DNA of 64,000 bases from Arenicellales bacterium (GTDB lineage: Bacteria; Pseudomonadota; Gammaproteobacteria; Arenicellales; Poriferihabitantaceae): the NCBI GenBank assembly GCA_963422685.1, contig OY730442.1, positions 2,317,839 to 2,381,838 of the forward strand. Direction: 5' to 3'. Both the position numbers and the translations under genes were made by a program. The notes under the pieces were generated by a model, which worked only from the letters and a program-made list of their open reading frames with translations, was not told the origin of the DNA and searched no databases. The stretch's first letter is position 1. The number at the start of each line of letters is the position of its first letter. Positions 40,204 to 64,000 of this stretch are shown piece by piece.

Positions 40204-42588
40204 ATGTTGATCAGCCAATCCTGGCTAACGGAGTGGGTCGCACCCGAAATAGGTCCAGAAGCACTTGCAGAAAAGCTGACACTGGCCGGATTGGAAGTGG
40301 ATTCAGTGGCGCATGCAGGTCCGGCGCTGGACAATACCCGGATAGTGATTGGGCAGATTGTCTCGGTGAAACCTCATGCAAACGCCACTGAACTTCGGAT
40401 ATGTGATGTCGATGTGGGCAGGCCCGGGAATTTTTCCATTGTATGCGGCGCGGCCAATGCAAAAACCGGTATGAAAACAGCAGTGGCATTATGCGGGGCA
40501 AAGCTGGTGGGTTTTAGCGTGGCTGAGCGTGAGATTCGTGGCGTGAAATCATACGGTATGCTTTGCTCTGCGGCAGAACTCGGGCTCGCAGAAGTATCCG
40601 GTGGCATCCTTGAGTTTGATCAAAGCGCCGAACCCGGCCAAGGTGTAGGCGACTACCTGGATTTGCGGGACAGCGTAATCCAGTTGAAATTGACTCCAAA
40701 CCGCGGGGACTGCCTTGGAATAGTCGGTGTGGCCAGAGAGGTGTCCACACTGACTAACAGCCGACTGAATATTCCGAAAATTCAGAAAATCAGGGCAACT
40801 GTCAACAAGGCCCTGAAAGTGACGCTTGACGCGCCCCAAGCCTGCCCGAGGTATGTGGGCCGAGCGATTACCCATATCGACATGACCGCGAAAACCCCGG
40901 ATTGGATGGCGGAAAGGCTGCGCCGGTGCGGGATGCGCAGCATCAATCCAATAGTCGATGTGACCAATTATGTCATGTATGAACTCGGCCAGCCCATGCA
41001 CGCTTTTGATCTAAAGAAGATTGCGCGCGGGATTGTGGTGCGCAGAGCTGGCAAAGGGGAAAAACTGGCGCTGTTGAATGGCAGTACGGTGGCATTGGAT
41101 ACACATAATCTGGTTATTGCGGACCGGGAAAAATCCATCGCTTTGGCGGGAATAATGGGCGGCGCAAATTCGGCCATTTCAGAAAACACCGTGGAAATTT
41201 ATCTGGAAGCGGCATACTTTTCGTCTGCTGATATACGCGGCAAGGCACGAGAATTTGGTATGCACACCGACGCGTCCCACCGGTTTGAGTGCGGGGTTGA
41301 CAGCGGGCTACCGCTGCGGGCGATGGAGCGCGCAACCCGGCTGGTTCTGCAAATTGCTGGTGGGCAGGCCGGCCCGATTACCCACGCCGTAGTAAAATCG
41401 GCATTGCCCGAAACGCCGAATATCCGTTTCAGCTATGCTGAAATTTCCAGGGTGCTGGGGATATCCATTCCGGTTGATCGATCCACACAGATTATGCAGA
41501 ACCTGGGGATGTCGGTAGCGGCTACTGAAAATGGCTGGATGGTCAGGCCGCCAGGCTGGCGTTTCGATATCCAGGCACAACACGACCTGGTGGAAGAAAT
41601 CGGGCGTTGTTACGGGTTCGACAAGGTGCCGCCCCGTATGCCGTTAGTCCAACCGAGAACCGGCGCACACCTGGAAAAAAATCTCTCGCCGAATGATATA
41701 AAACGAACCCTGGTGCATCGCGGCTATCACGAAGCCATTACCTATAGTTTCGTTGATGCAACCATGCAAAAGCAACTGCTCGGCAAAGGCGGTGCTATAC
41801 GATTGGCAAACCCGATTGCCGAAAATATGTCGGTGATGCGCCAGAGCTTGTGGCCCGGGCTGATGGAAGCGCTGCGGACAAACTTGAATCGACAGGAAGG
41901 TCGGGTCAGGTTATTTGAAATGGGAAACGTTTTTTACAGAGCGAAAAATGCGCTGAAAAGCAGGGAAATTCAACGGGTCGCAGGATTGGTTTGCGGTCAT
42001 TGTTTTCCCAGACAATGGGGAATTGCAGGCATTGAGGCTGACTTTTATGATATTAAGGCTGACCTGGAATCGCTTATCAAACTCACCAGTCTGGCAGGCA
42101 AGTTACGCTTCAGGCCGGGTTCTCATGCCGCATTGCACCCGGGACAATGCGCACAAATCCATATCGGTGGCCAGCAAATTGGATTGATTGGAAAGTTAAA
42201 TCCGGCGCAACAGAAATTGTATGACATAGATAAATCGATTTACTTGTTTGAAGTTGACCTTGATCCATTATCCTGTTTTGTCATACCTTGTTTTTCGGGT
42301 ATTTCAAAATTTCCATCCATGCAACGGGATATTGCAGTCCTGGCGGATGAGTCCGTATCGGTGCAGTCGATTATGGATCTGGTGCGCGCTTCGGCCGGTG
42401 GAATGCTTAAGAAATTGGAATTATTTGACGTGTACAGGGACAGCAACCTGGGGAAAAACAGGAAAAGTTTTGCTTTTAGCTTGACCTTCCAATCAGAATC
42501 AAGCAATCTTATATCCTCCAAAGTCGATCAAGTGACAGAAAAAGTTATCCGCGAACTTGAAGAAAAACTGGATGTGCAGCTTCGATGA
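40204..42588 (+). CDS. pheT: Phenylalanine--tRNA ligase beta subunit
   Basis: AGLEVDS, TPNRGDCL, NYVMYELGQPMHAFD, DLVEEIGR, SKFPSMQRDI. Confidence 0.97.
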   Translation: MLISQSWLTEWVAPEIGPEALAEKLTLAGLEVDSVAHAGPALDNTRIVIGQIVSVKPHANATELRICDVDVGRPGNFSIVCGAANAKTGMKTAVALCGAKLVGFSVAEREIRGVKSYGMLCSAAELGLAEVSGGILEFDQSAEPGQGVGDYLDLRDSVIQLKLTPNRGDCLGIVGVAREVSTLTNSRLNIPKIQKIRATVNKALKVTLDAPQACPRYVGRAITHIDMTAKTPDWMAERLRRCGMRSINPIVDVTNYVMYELGQPMHAFDLKKIARGIVVRRAGKGEKLALLNGSTVALDTHNLVIADREKSIALAGIMGGANSAISENTVEIYLEAAYFSSADIRGKAREFGMHTDASHRFECGVDSGLPLRAMERATRLVLQIAGGQAGPITHAVVKSALPETPNIRFSYAEISRVLGISIPVDRSTQIMQNLGMSVAATENGWMVRPPGWRFDIQAQHDLVEEIGRCYGFDKVPPRMPLVQPRTGAHLEKNLSPNDIKRTLVHRGYHEAITYSFVDATMQKQLLGKGGAIRLANPIAENMSVMRQSLWPGLMEALRTNLNRQEGRVRLFEMGNVFYRAKNALKSREIQRVAGLVCGHCFPRQWGIAGIEADFYDIKADLESLIKLTSLAGKLRFRPGSHAALHPGQCAQIHIGGQQIGLIGKLNPAQQKLYDIDKSIYLFEVDLDPLSCFVIPCFSGISKFPSMQRDIAVLADESVSVQSIMDLVRASAGGMLKKLELFDVYRDSNLGKNRKSFAFSLTFQSESSNLISSKVDQVTEKVIRELEEKLDVQLR

Positions 42589-42645
42589 CCGATGAAACAG
42601 AAACATTAGCTGTACTGTAATAACAGAATAAACAAGAATAAATAT

Positions 42646-42966
42646 ATGACGGTAACAAAGGCAGATTTGGGGAACACGTTATTTGATGAAGTGGGATTGA
42701 ACAAGCGCGAGGCAAAGGATGTTGTGGGATTATTTTTTGAAAAGATTCGCCTGTCGCTTGAGAGCGGGGCCTCGGTAAAACTGTCTGGATTTGGGAGTTT
42801 CGCACTCAGGGACAAGACCTCTCGACCGGGACGCAATCCGAAAACAGGTGAAGAAGTCGCAATTTCAGCAAGGCGGGTGGTAACCTTCAGGCCAAGCCCA
42901 AAATTAAAGGAAAACGTGCTCCAGAACTCGTTTGAATTAACGCAAAGACTAGGGCGTACCAAATAA
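42646..42966 (+). CDS. ihfA: Integration host factor alpha subunit
   Basis: [30 protein letters not shown]. Confidence 0.95.
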   Translation: MTVTKADLGNTLFDEVGLNKREAKDVVGLFFEKIRLSLESGASVKLSGFGSFALRDKTSRPGRNPKTGEEVAISARRVVTFRPSPKLKENVLQNSFELTQRLGRTK

Positions 42967-43349
42967 TGACAATGCTTGATCCGGGCGGCTTTAAATTGCC
43001 ACCGATTCCAACAAAACGATATTTTACAATCGGAGAAGTCAGCAGGCTTTGTGAGGTCAAACCGCATGTTTTGCGCTATTGGGAGCAGGAGTTTCCCCAA
43101 CTGAAACCGGTAAAGCGTCGTGGCAATCGTCGTTATTATCAGCGCCATGAAGTCAAACTAATCCGTCACATCCGCAAATTGTTATATATTGAAGGTTTTA
43201 CTATCAGCGGTGCCAGAATTCGGCTGGAGCAGCTTGCCGCTGAAAATGAGACCACCACTTCCTCCCCGGGAGGGATCAGACAAGACGCCAGTAAGATGGT
43301 TTCTCTATTGATTGCCGAGTTGTCTGAGGTGCAGCAAATCCTGAGCTAA
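42966..43349 (+). CDS. MerR-family transcriptional regulator (ihfA-linked)
   Basis: KRYFTIGEVS...HVLRYWEQEF...KRRGNRRYYQ. Confidence 0.92.
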   Translation: MTMLDPGGFKLPPIPTKRYFTIGEVSRLCEVKPHVLRYWEQEFPQLKPVKRRGNRRYYQRHEVKLIRHIRKLLYIEGFTISGARIRLEQLAAENETTTSSPGGIRQDASKMVSLLIAELSEVQQILS

Positions 43350-43442
43350 TCTGACTTTTCCATCAAGCTTGCTGTCCGCTTTAATTCGTAGTAAATCTGC
43401 TTTAAACTAAAATCCGGCCCTGGACACAGGGGTCAGTATCGT

Positions 43443-43519
43443 CGGGGTGTAGCGCAGCCTGGTAGCGCACCGCAATGGGGTTGCGGTGGTCGGAGGTTCA
43501 AATCCTCTCACCCCGACCA
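43443..43519 (+). tRNA. tRNA-Pro(GGG)
   Basis: CGGGGTG acceptor, anticodon arm CCGCA-ATGGGGT-TGCGG, GGTTCAAAT, CCA. Confidence 0.95.
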
Positions 43520-43687
43520 ATTAGGTCGGTGTCGGTGATGGATGTTTGTTTACCGATACCTGCGGCGCCAGTAATTCTTCCGGTTTTTGCAAAGTTGTTC
43601 TCCTCAAGCGTATAGCCAAAGGACGGCTGGGCTGCCAGCCTGCTCCAGGCGGCGATGTGATAAAATAAACCTCTTTATTCAGGGTAA

Positions 43688-46102
<2,415 letters not shown>

Positions 46103-46148
46103 TGGACGCATACCGCTATTTATGATGAGGTGTTTGTCATCTCTGGCC

Positions 46149-46706
46149 CTAGACAAAATGTTCTTTGGGCTGGGCAAAAACCCGTTCAACCATGGGCCGG
46201 AAAAAAGACAGGGGCCGGGATTTGAAGTCGGGATCAAAACAATTCTGGTCGTAGTTCTCACAAAAGGCTACCGTGTCCTGATACCACCTGTGGTCTTTAT
46301 GTCGCTCCCGGGCATTTCGGTCGCCTCCAAAATAGTGGGCATAGTAATACATCTGGAATAAGCCATGATGCTTCACTATCCAGTACACGCGCCCGGAAAC
46401 ATAGGGCCGCAAAATAGACGCTGCCATTTCACTATGTGAAGCCGGGGCCAGGCCATCGCCAATATCATGCAGCAGCGCCGCCACAACCATTTCTTCGGGT
46501 TCGCCCGCCTGGTATGCGCGAGTGGCGGATTGTAATGAATGTTCCAGCCGGCTGACTCTATAGCCCGAGAATGAGCTTTCCAGCGCTTCAAGTGCGGTCA
46601 TTAAACGGCTTGGGAGTTCGTTGGTGTAGTTTTTTTCCTGCTCGGCAAGGAAGGCATACTCCTCGACTGTACCATCCGCCATATGCACAAATTCTACTGT
46701 ATTCAT
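46149..46706 (-). CDS. HD-domain protein (PhnZ/TmpB-like subfamily)
   Basis: LEHSLQSATRA, ALLHDIG, HSE, IVKHH, YDQNCFDP. Confidence 0.8.
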   Translation of the reverse strand: MNTVEFVHMADGTVEEYAFLAEQEKNYTNELPSRLMTALEALESSFSGYRVSRLEHSLQSATRAYQAGEPEEMVVAALLHDIGDGLAPASHSEMAASILRPYVSGRVYWIVKHHGLFQMYYYAHYFGGDRNARERHKDHRWYQDTVAFCENYDQNCFDPDFKSRPLSFFRPMVERVFAQPKEHFV

Positions 46707-46737
46707 GGTTTTATCTAATCAGATTGTTGTCATGTTA

Positions 46738-47082
46738 TTACAAAATTGAGAGCACATTTTGCGGCGGCCTGCCCACTGCGGCTTTTCCGTTTTTTACCAC
46801 GATGGGCCGCTCCAAAAGTTTTGGATGCCGAACCACGGTATCGATAAGCGCGGCTTCGGACAAGGCTGTGTCGGCCAATCCAAGTTCTGCATAAATATCT
46901 TCACCCCTGCGGATAATGTCATGGATAGAACAACCCAGTTGCATGGTAATGGATGTAAGCGTGTCGGCATCAGGCGGTTGCTCAAGGTAAAGCACTATTT
47001 CGGGCTGGATTCCCTGCTCGTGTAATAACGCCAGCGTCGCCCTGGATTTTGAGCAGCGTGGATTATGATAGATAGTGGTCAT
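46738..47082 (-). CDS. ArsC family (glutaredoxin-type arsenate reductase/YfgD-like)
   Basis: IYHNPRCSKSR, PKLLERPIV, GRPPQNV. Confidence 0.9.
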   Translation of the reverse strand: MTTIYHNPRCSKSRATLALLHEQGIQPEIVLYLEQPPDADTLTSITMQLGCSIHDIIRRGEDIYAELGLADTALSEAALIDTVVRHPKLLERPIVVKNGKAAVGRPPQNVLSIL

Positions 47083-47259
47083 TCAATGCCTCATTCATAA
47101 TGGGTGCCTCTGTTCGCCAGAGTTTTCTTCAGAGGGTTTTCAGGATTTCTTGCGTGAGTGCAGGCAGCGCAATCCCGTAGTGTATATGAGATGCTTGAGG
47201 ATTTGAATTGCCCTGACTTCAGTTGCCGGCACCGGGTTTTATCGAGAACCAGTTTTTCA

Positions 47260-49578
47260 TTAGTTTTTCATTTTTCCGGAAAACCCGGAGCAGGGCGCAA
47301 AAACTTCGGGCTGCGTACCGCGAATAAAAGGCAGGTTTTGCCGTCGCGCACAACGAGTATTTGCGACCAGACCTGATTCAGGATCAATACGGGCAAAGAC
47401 AATATCTTCATTGACCCGTTGGTGGAAAATTTCCAGGTCGATATTTGACATCACATTCTCCCACACCCGCATCGCCCCGCCAGACCCGGAAAGACCGGTG
47501 GGACGATTGTCATCGCGGCCCACCCAAACCACCGTTAGCAGGTTGCCACTGTATCCGGCAAACCAGCTATCCCGGAAGCGGTCGGTGGTGCCGGTTTTGC
47601 CGCGCAAACCCAAGTTTGAGCTAAAACTTCGGGACAGGCCAATCGCCGTACCCTGGAGAACTACCTGCTGCAATGCGAAGTCGATTAGAAAGGCGCTGTT
47701 TCGGTCGATTGCCCGATGCGCCTTGCGCGGGAATTTGGCGATGGATTCTCCCCGGTTGTTTTGAATGCTGCGGATAGTGCGCAACGGCAGACGCAGGCCA
47801 TTATTTGCCAGAGTCTGATACATCTGTGCAATTTCCAACGGCGTATGCCGGCTTGCCCCAAGCAATGTAGAAGGATAGTTTTCGATATTTCGCTCTATAC
47901 CCAGGCGACGCATGGTTGCGATTACCGTGGCAACGCCGATGTCCAACCCTAATCGAACTGTGGGCACATTGTAGGAATGTGCCAGACTTTGATAAAGCGG
48001 CAATGGCCCGCGAAACTGTTTATCGTAATTTTGCGGTGACCACAGCTCGCCCCCTTTCGGCGTCAAAGTCAATGGGCTATCTTCCAGCAGGGTAGCCAGC
48101 GAATATTTTTTTGGCTGTTCCAGCGCGGCCAGATAAATGAATGGTTTTACCAGCGAACCGATCGGGCGCTGCGCATCTATGGCGCGATTAAAACCCGAAT
48201 AACCTTTGATGCGGTCGCCAACCAGCGCCAGTATTTCTCCCTGTTCAGGCTCAACCACAATGACAGCGCCCTGGAGCGTTCCGGCGTTGAAACCCTTTTG
48301 GCGCTCAAGTTTGCCCAGGGTTTCGCTTAAGCCCCGCTGGGCGATTTGCTGAACGCTGGCATCCAGCGAGGTATAAAGTTGAAGGCCGTTAGTTCGCAAG
48401 ACCTCCTCGGAATAGTACTGGCGCAGCTGCCTGTGTAAATAGTCCAGATAAGCGGGAAAGTCACTGCTTGATTCTGGTTGATGCGGAATAATGCCAAGGG
48501 GTGATGCTGACAGGGTGTCGGCAGTATGGGCGCTAATGGCTCCGACCTTTGCCAGCGTGTGCAATACCCGGTTTCGCCTTTTTAACGCACGTTCAGGATG
48601 CCTTCTGGGGTTGTAAAACGATGGCGCGGGAATCATTGAAATTAACAATGACGTTTCATGCAGCTTTAATTGATCAACCGGGCGTCCAAAATAATACTCG
48701 CTGGCCAATGCAAAACCATGCACAGCCCGGTTACCGGATTGACCAAGGAAAATTTCATTCAGATACAGCTCCAGAATTTCAGCTTTGCTGAATCGAACTT
48801 CCATCATGATGGCCATTATTGCCTCCATTGCCTTGCGGGAGATGGTTCGTTTTGGGTTCAGAAACAGATTCTTGACCAATTGCTGGGTCAAAGTGCTGCC
48901 TCCTTGTATGGCCCTGCCGCCGCGGATATTTGTCCACAAGGCGCGCAGTATGGCTTTTGGGTCCACACCAAAATGTGACTGGAAATTTCGATCTTCCATA
49001 ACCAGCAGCGCTTTGATCAATAGCTCGGGCATCTGGTGCAGTTTCAAAGCAATACGGTCCTGATATGGTCCCAATTGCAAACTGCCAATCAAAAGCGGTT
49101 CGATAATAATATAATCAATGCCTCGGGTGGTGGCGTGGTCGGCAACCGATGCAATCGTGTTTCCCCGGAATGTGATGCGCACGGCCTGAGGTTTTTGTCG
49201 ATCAATACCCGTATCAAAGCCTTGCAGGTGTAGGTCCACTGCACTGTCGGAAACCGCGAAATCACCTGGATTCGAAATTTGTCGGACGCGGCGATAGCCA
49301 TTGCCTTGCAACGTTTCTGCCAGCTTGATCGGTGAAAAAACCGCCCCCGGGTTTAACTGTAAAGGACGGGTATATACGTGTGCCGGCTGGGACTGGATGG
49401 CGCCGCTAAAGCGCTGGCGAATTTCCAGGTCGAGATACAGAAGAATGGTGAGTGTGGCAAAAACCAGGCCGGCGCACAGGCGAGTTGAGATAAATAATAG
49501 AAACGTTCCGGTCGGGCCATGTTGAGGCGGATGCCGATCTTTGGCCGCCCTGTTTCTGCGATATTTTTTTCCGGACAA
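47260..49578 (-). CDS. mrcB: Penicillin-binding protein 1B
   Basis: UB2H region, EDRNF, GGSTLTQQLVKN, RKAMEA, YLNEI; transpeptidase motifs SLVK, SYN, KTG. Confidence 0.93.
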   Translation of the reverse strand: MSGKKYRRNRAAKDRHPPQHGPTGTFLLFISTRLCAGLVFATLTILLYLDLEIRQRFSGAIQSQPAHVYTRPLQLNPGAVFSPIKLAETLQGNGYRRVRQISNPGDFAVSDSAVDLHLQGFDTGIDRQKPQAVRITFRGNTIASVADHATTRGIDYIIIEPLLIGSLQLGPYQDRIALKLHQMPELLIKALLVMEDRNFQSHFGVDPKAILRALWTNIRGGRAIQGGSTLTQQLVKNLFLNPKRTISRKAMEAIMAIMMEVRFSKAEILELYLNEIFLGQSGNRAVHGFALASEYYFGRPVDQLKLHETSLLISMIPAPSFYNPRRHPERALKRRNRVLHTLAKVGAISAHTADTLSASPLGIIPHQPESSSDFPAYLDYLHRQLRQYYSEEVLRTNGLQLYTSLDASVQQIAQRGLSETLGKLERQKGFNAGTLQGAVIVVEPEQGEILALVGDRIKGYSGFNRAIDAQRPIGSLVKPFIYLAALEQPKKYSLATLLEDSPLTLTPKGGELWSPQNYDKQFRGPLPLYQSLAHSYNVPTVRLGLDIGVATVIATMRRLGIERNIENYPSTLLGASRHTPLEIAQMYQTLANNGLRLPLRTIRSIQNNRGESIAKFPRKAHRAIDRNSAFLIDFALQQVVLQGTAIGLSRSFSSNLGLRGKTGTTDRFRDSWFAGYSGNLLTVVWVGRDDNRPTGLSGSGGAMRVWENVMSNIDLEIFHQRVNEDIVFARIDPESGLVANTRCARRQNLPFIRGTQPEVFAPCSGFSGKMKN

Positions 49579-49604
49579 TGGATTTTATAGACACCCTGAA
49601 GTAA

Positions 49605-49922
49605 TCAGTCAGCACTTGCAGGATTCAGGGCAGTGCAGCACTGCCAGCAAATTTCAAAGCTACTCGGGTTTAATTCTCCGCATTGCTGGCAAAGCAGTGA
49701 GTCAACCGGATTCGGTCTGGCCGCAAAATCGCGAACAACCCGATTCGCCCGGTGTAAATCCGAATCGCTCTTTATCCAGATCTCGGGATAAATAACCGGA
49801 AGATCACCCAAACCGCCCTGGGCATTGTGATGAAACAGCTCGGCTGCAATGCCCGCCTGCTTTAACTGATCAATCATAAGTTGACCGTCAATCAGCGACT
49901 CAGCGATATAAAGTCTTTGCAC
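49605..49922 (-). CDS. DUF2007-like protein with a C-terminal zinc ribbon
   Basis: LKQAGIAA, YPEIW, CQQCGELN...ICWQC. Confidence 0.75.
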   Translation of the reverse strand: MQRLYIAESLIDGQLMIDQLKQAGIAAELFHHNAQGGLGDLPVIYPEIWIKSDSDLHRANRVVRDFAARPNPVDSLLCQQCGELNPSSFEICWQCCTALNPASAD

Positions 49923-49972
49923 CTGGACGACCGGGCAGCGAAATGGCGGGCAGAATCAGACAAGCACCCCGG

Positions 49973-51037
49973 TCAGGCGGCAATTTCCTCCCCGGGCGAC
50001 CCGGGCCAGGCGAGGATTATTGCCTGTACCAATGTGGCTAATGGTATGGCGAAAAACACGCCCCAAATTCCCCAAAGCCCTCCAAAGAACAATACCGCAG
50101 CGATGATCGCGACCGGATGAATATTGACTACTTCTGAAAACAATAATGGTACAAGCAGATTTCCATCCAGAGCCTGAATAACCAGGTAGGCAATCACCAA
50201 TGTCATCAAATTACCCGTCCAGCCCCATTGAAACCAGCCGATGATGACTACCGGCACGGTCACCACGGCCGCGCCCACATAGGGTATTAATACCGAGATG
50301 CCAACCAGAACCGACAACAGCATGGAATACTGTAGATCAAGGTATGAAAAGGTTATAAATGTCACGAACCAAACCACCAGTATCTCCCAGAACTTACCCC
50401 GGATGTAGTTTCCTATCTGTAAATCCACGTCTCCCCACACACGCACGGCCAGTTCGTTTTCTTTCGGTAGAAACTTTTTAATCCAATTCAGAATAATTTC
50501 TTTGTCTTTCAGGAAAAAGAAAATCAGCAGCGGCAATAACACAACATAAATCATCACAGTGATCACGCTGGCTGCACTGGAGATTGAACTGGTGAGCAGG
50601 TCCTGTCCCAAGTCTGCAAGCTGGGTGCGTAATCCGGTGATAATTTCCTGAACCTGGGCGATAGAAAACAGTTCCGGGTAGTGTTCCGGCAGGGTCATTA
50701 ATGCGGCTTGACCTTTGGTCAACATGCTCGGGATTTGTTGTACAACCTCGGTAAGCTGGTTGTATAAAACCGGCAATAATCCAAACAATATGCTGGTCAG
50801 GAATATCAGAAATGCGAAAAAAACAATCCACACTGAAACGATTCGCGGCACTTTGGCCAGGGTCATTCGGCCGATCAGGCCTTCCAGCAAATAGGCAATA
50901 ACGATTCCGGCGAGAACCGGTGCCAGCATATTGCCGACCAAAGAAATGATCAACAATGTACCAACAAGAATCAATGTCAGATACACCACCTGGGGGTTTG
51001 AAAGACTTTCTTTAAACCAGCTTATGATTCTATCCAT
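49973..51037 (-). CDS. AI-2E family transporter (PerM-like)
   Basis: IAYLLEG, YIRGK, LIPYVGA, QALDGNLLVPLLFSE, HPVAII. Confidence 0.9.
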   Translation of the reverse strand: MDRIISWFKESLSNPQVVYLTLILVGTLLIISLVGNMLAPVLAGIVIAYLLEGLIGRMTLAKVPRIVSVWIVFFAFLIFLTSILFGLLPVLYNQLTEVVQQIPSMLTKGQAALMTLPEHYPELFSIAQVQEIITGLRTQLADLGQDLLTSSISSAASVITVMIYVVLLPLLIFFFLKDKEIILNWIKKFLPKENELAVRVWGDVDLQIGNYIRGKFWEILVVWFVTFITFSYLDLQYSMLLSVLVGISVLIPYVGAAVVTVPVVIIGWFQWGWTGNLMTLVIAYLVIQALDGNLLVPLLFSEVVNIHPVAIIAAVLFFGGLWGIWGVFFAIPLATLVQAIILAWPGSPGEEIAA

Positions 51038-51074
51038 AAATTATATATATCAGTTTTGCGATCAAACCACTACT

Positions 51075-51491
51075 TTAAACCTGGATGATTTCCACACCAA
51101 AAGACATGGCCGCGGTCTTCTCCAGCATCCTGGTTACCGAACAATATTTATCCATTGACAGCGATATGGCGCGTTGTACTTTTTTCTGGTCAAGCTGTTG
51201 GCCGGAAATTCGATAGAGCAAATGAATCCGGGTGAACACAGCGGGCAGGGTGTCAGCGCGGTTCGCCGTTATTTCAATTTCGCAATGACTGGCATGCTGA
51301 CGGGATTTTTTCAGAATCGACATCACGTCGATAGCGCTGCAGCCACCCAGCCCCGCCAGCACGACTTCCATTGGACGGGCTCCGAGGTTTTGCCCGCCGA
51401 CTTCGGCGGAGCCATCCATTTCGATCCTGTGTCCGGCTTCTGTTTCGGCGATAAAATTAACTCCGCTGCGCTGCTTGACCTGTATCTTCAT
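51075..51491 (-). CDS. OsmC family protein (YhfA-like)
   Basis: GARPME, GLGGCSAIDV, KYCSV. Confidence 0.9.
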   Translation of the reverse strand: MKIQVKQRSGVNFIAETEAGHRIEMDGSAEVGGQNLGARPMEVVLAGLGGCSAIDVMSILKKSRQHASHCEIEITANRADTLPAVFTRIHLLYRISGQQLDQKKVQRAISLSMDKYCSVTRMLEKTAAMSFGVEIIQV

Positions 51492-51499
51492 GGCTGATT

Positions 51500-52288
51500 T
51501 CAAGAAAACAATTGACGTAGTTTTGCCCCGGGGTGCTCCGCTCGCATCAACACTTCCCCAACCAAAAAGGCATTAACCTGGTGACTTCGCACCCGCACCA
51601 CATCCCCGGCGGTGTGGATACCGCTTTCGGTTACCACAATTCTGTCCTCAGGAATCTGTTTCACCAGGTTGATTGTGGTATTCAAAGAGGTCTCAAATGT
51701 ATGCAGATTGCGATTGTTTATGCCAATCAGTCTACAGGGCAAATTAAGTGCACGGTCCAAGTCATGCTGGCAGTGAACCTCAACCAGAACATCCAATTGT
51801 AAATCGCTGGCCAATTCAGCCAGTTGCCGCAATGTGACATCATCCAGTGCCGCGACGATTAATAAAATCGCATCGGCGCCAATTACTCTGGATTCATAAA
51901 CCTGATAGGGGCCAATCATAAAATCCTTGCGCAGCACGGGCAGACTGCACACCGACCGTACTTGATTGATATGATCATCGTGACCCAGAAAATACGGCTC
52001 ATCGGTCAGTACGGACAAGCAGGTGGCGCCGTTGGAAGAATAGCTCCTGGCAATTTCGGCCGGATCAAAACTTTTCCGCAGAACCCCTTTACTTGGCGAT
52101 GCTTTTTTTATCTCGCTGATAACGGCCGGTTTCCCCATGCGTATGGTTCTTTCTATCGCATCAATAAACCCCCGAATAGGCACAGCAGACTCGCATCGAC
52201 TGCGCATTTGCGCCAGCGGCATTCGCTTGGTGCGCTGGCTAACTTCTGCTGCTTTGGCCGCCAGGATTCGGTTCAGTATGTCAGACAT
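51500..52288 (-). CDS. trpC: Indole-3-glycerol phosphate synthase
   Basis: ISEIKKASPSKG, LSVLTD, LRKDF, LVEVH, GINNRNL, VTESGI, FLVGE. Confidence 0.95.
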   Translation of the reverse strand: MSDILNRILAAKAAEVSQRTKRMPLAQMRSRCESAVPIRGFIDAIERTIRMGKPAVISEIKKASPSKGVLRKSFDPAEIARSYSSNGATCLSVLTDEPYFLGHDDHINQVRSVCSLPVLRKDFMIGPYQVYESRVIGADAILLIVAALDDVTLRQLAELASDLQLDVLVEVHCQHDLDRALNLPCRLIGINNRNLHTFETSLNTTINLVKQIPEDRIVVTESGIHTAGDVVRVRSHQVNAFLVGEVLMRAEHPGAKLRQLFS

Positions 52289-52525
52289 TTGGGTCGCGAT
52301 TAAACCACAACCAGCTTGCTATCAGCAAACCAATGGTTACAGCAACTCGGGGTCTATTCGGCGGTCAAATTTCTATCGCGATTGCCATGTCAATTCCCGC
52401 TTCGCAATAGTGTGGATTGGATGTTGGGCTGCCCCGGATTAAGTAGATTTATCCAGAGGAGTATGATGAGAAAAAGCAGGCTGAGTTAGTGATGCAACCG
52501 AGATAATCGACAGCATCGTCGCCCT

Positions 52526-64000
<11,475 letters not shown>

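Noticed and set aside
52289-52525. CRISPR leader or trpD remnant between trpC and the array
   Set aside because: Repeat polarity, the PAM evidence and the variant repeat place the trailer here; no convincing TrpD similarity was seen.

Overview
Chromosomal segment of a probable Gammaproteobacterium (inferred from the cox operon, the thrS-infC-rpmI-rplT-pheST-ihfA-merR-tRNA-Pro block, rph-rdgB and trpC-osmC synteny). From left to right it holds: a FimT/GspH-type minor pilin with a divergent copy of its 3' end just downstream; tRNA-Thr followed by a chimeric tandem repeat; an iPGM-Nudix fusion; rdgB and rph; an aa3-type cytochrome c oxidase cluster; a probable methylated-amine catabolic cluster (sulfatase, MttB-family protein, decaying BBOX-like dioxygenase); an AT-richer restriction-modification island whose endonuclease half is broken and which carries a RAYT (HUH/Y1) gene between M and S; a REP-carrying MITE; a Liv-type ABC transporter; translation genes; gyrB; mrcB; trpC; and the last 11.5 kb of a very large type I-C-like CRISPR array (about 172 spacers by manual count, running off the window; no cas genes are in view). 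The most unusual signals are in the spacers and the REP family. Four spacers appear to come from a shortened mimic of the array's own repeat, probably carried on a mobile element. Many spacers are perfect hairpins, and two hairpin families occur in both loop orientations (flip/flop). A GTAG-REP doublet sits in-frame inside the RAYT gene, and versions of it recur in the MITE and in tandem repeats that also carry extra tRNA 3' ends. All alignments and counts were done by eye, and no database searches were run.
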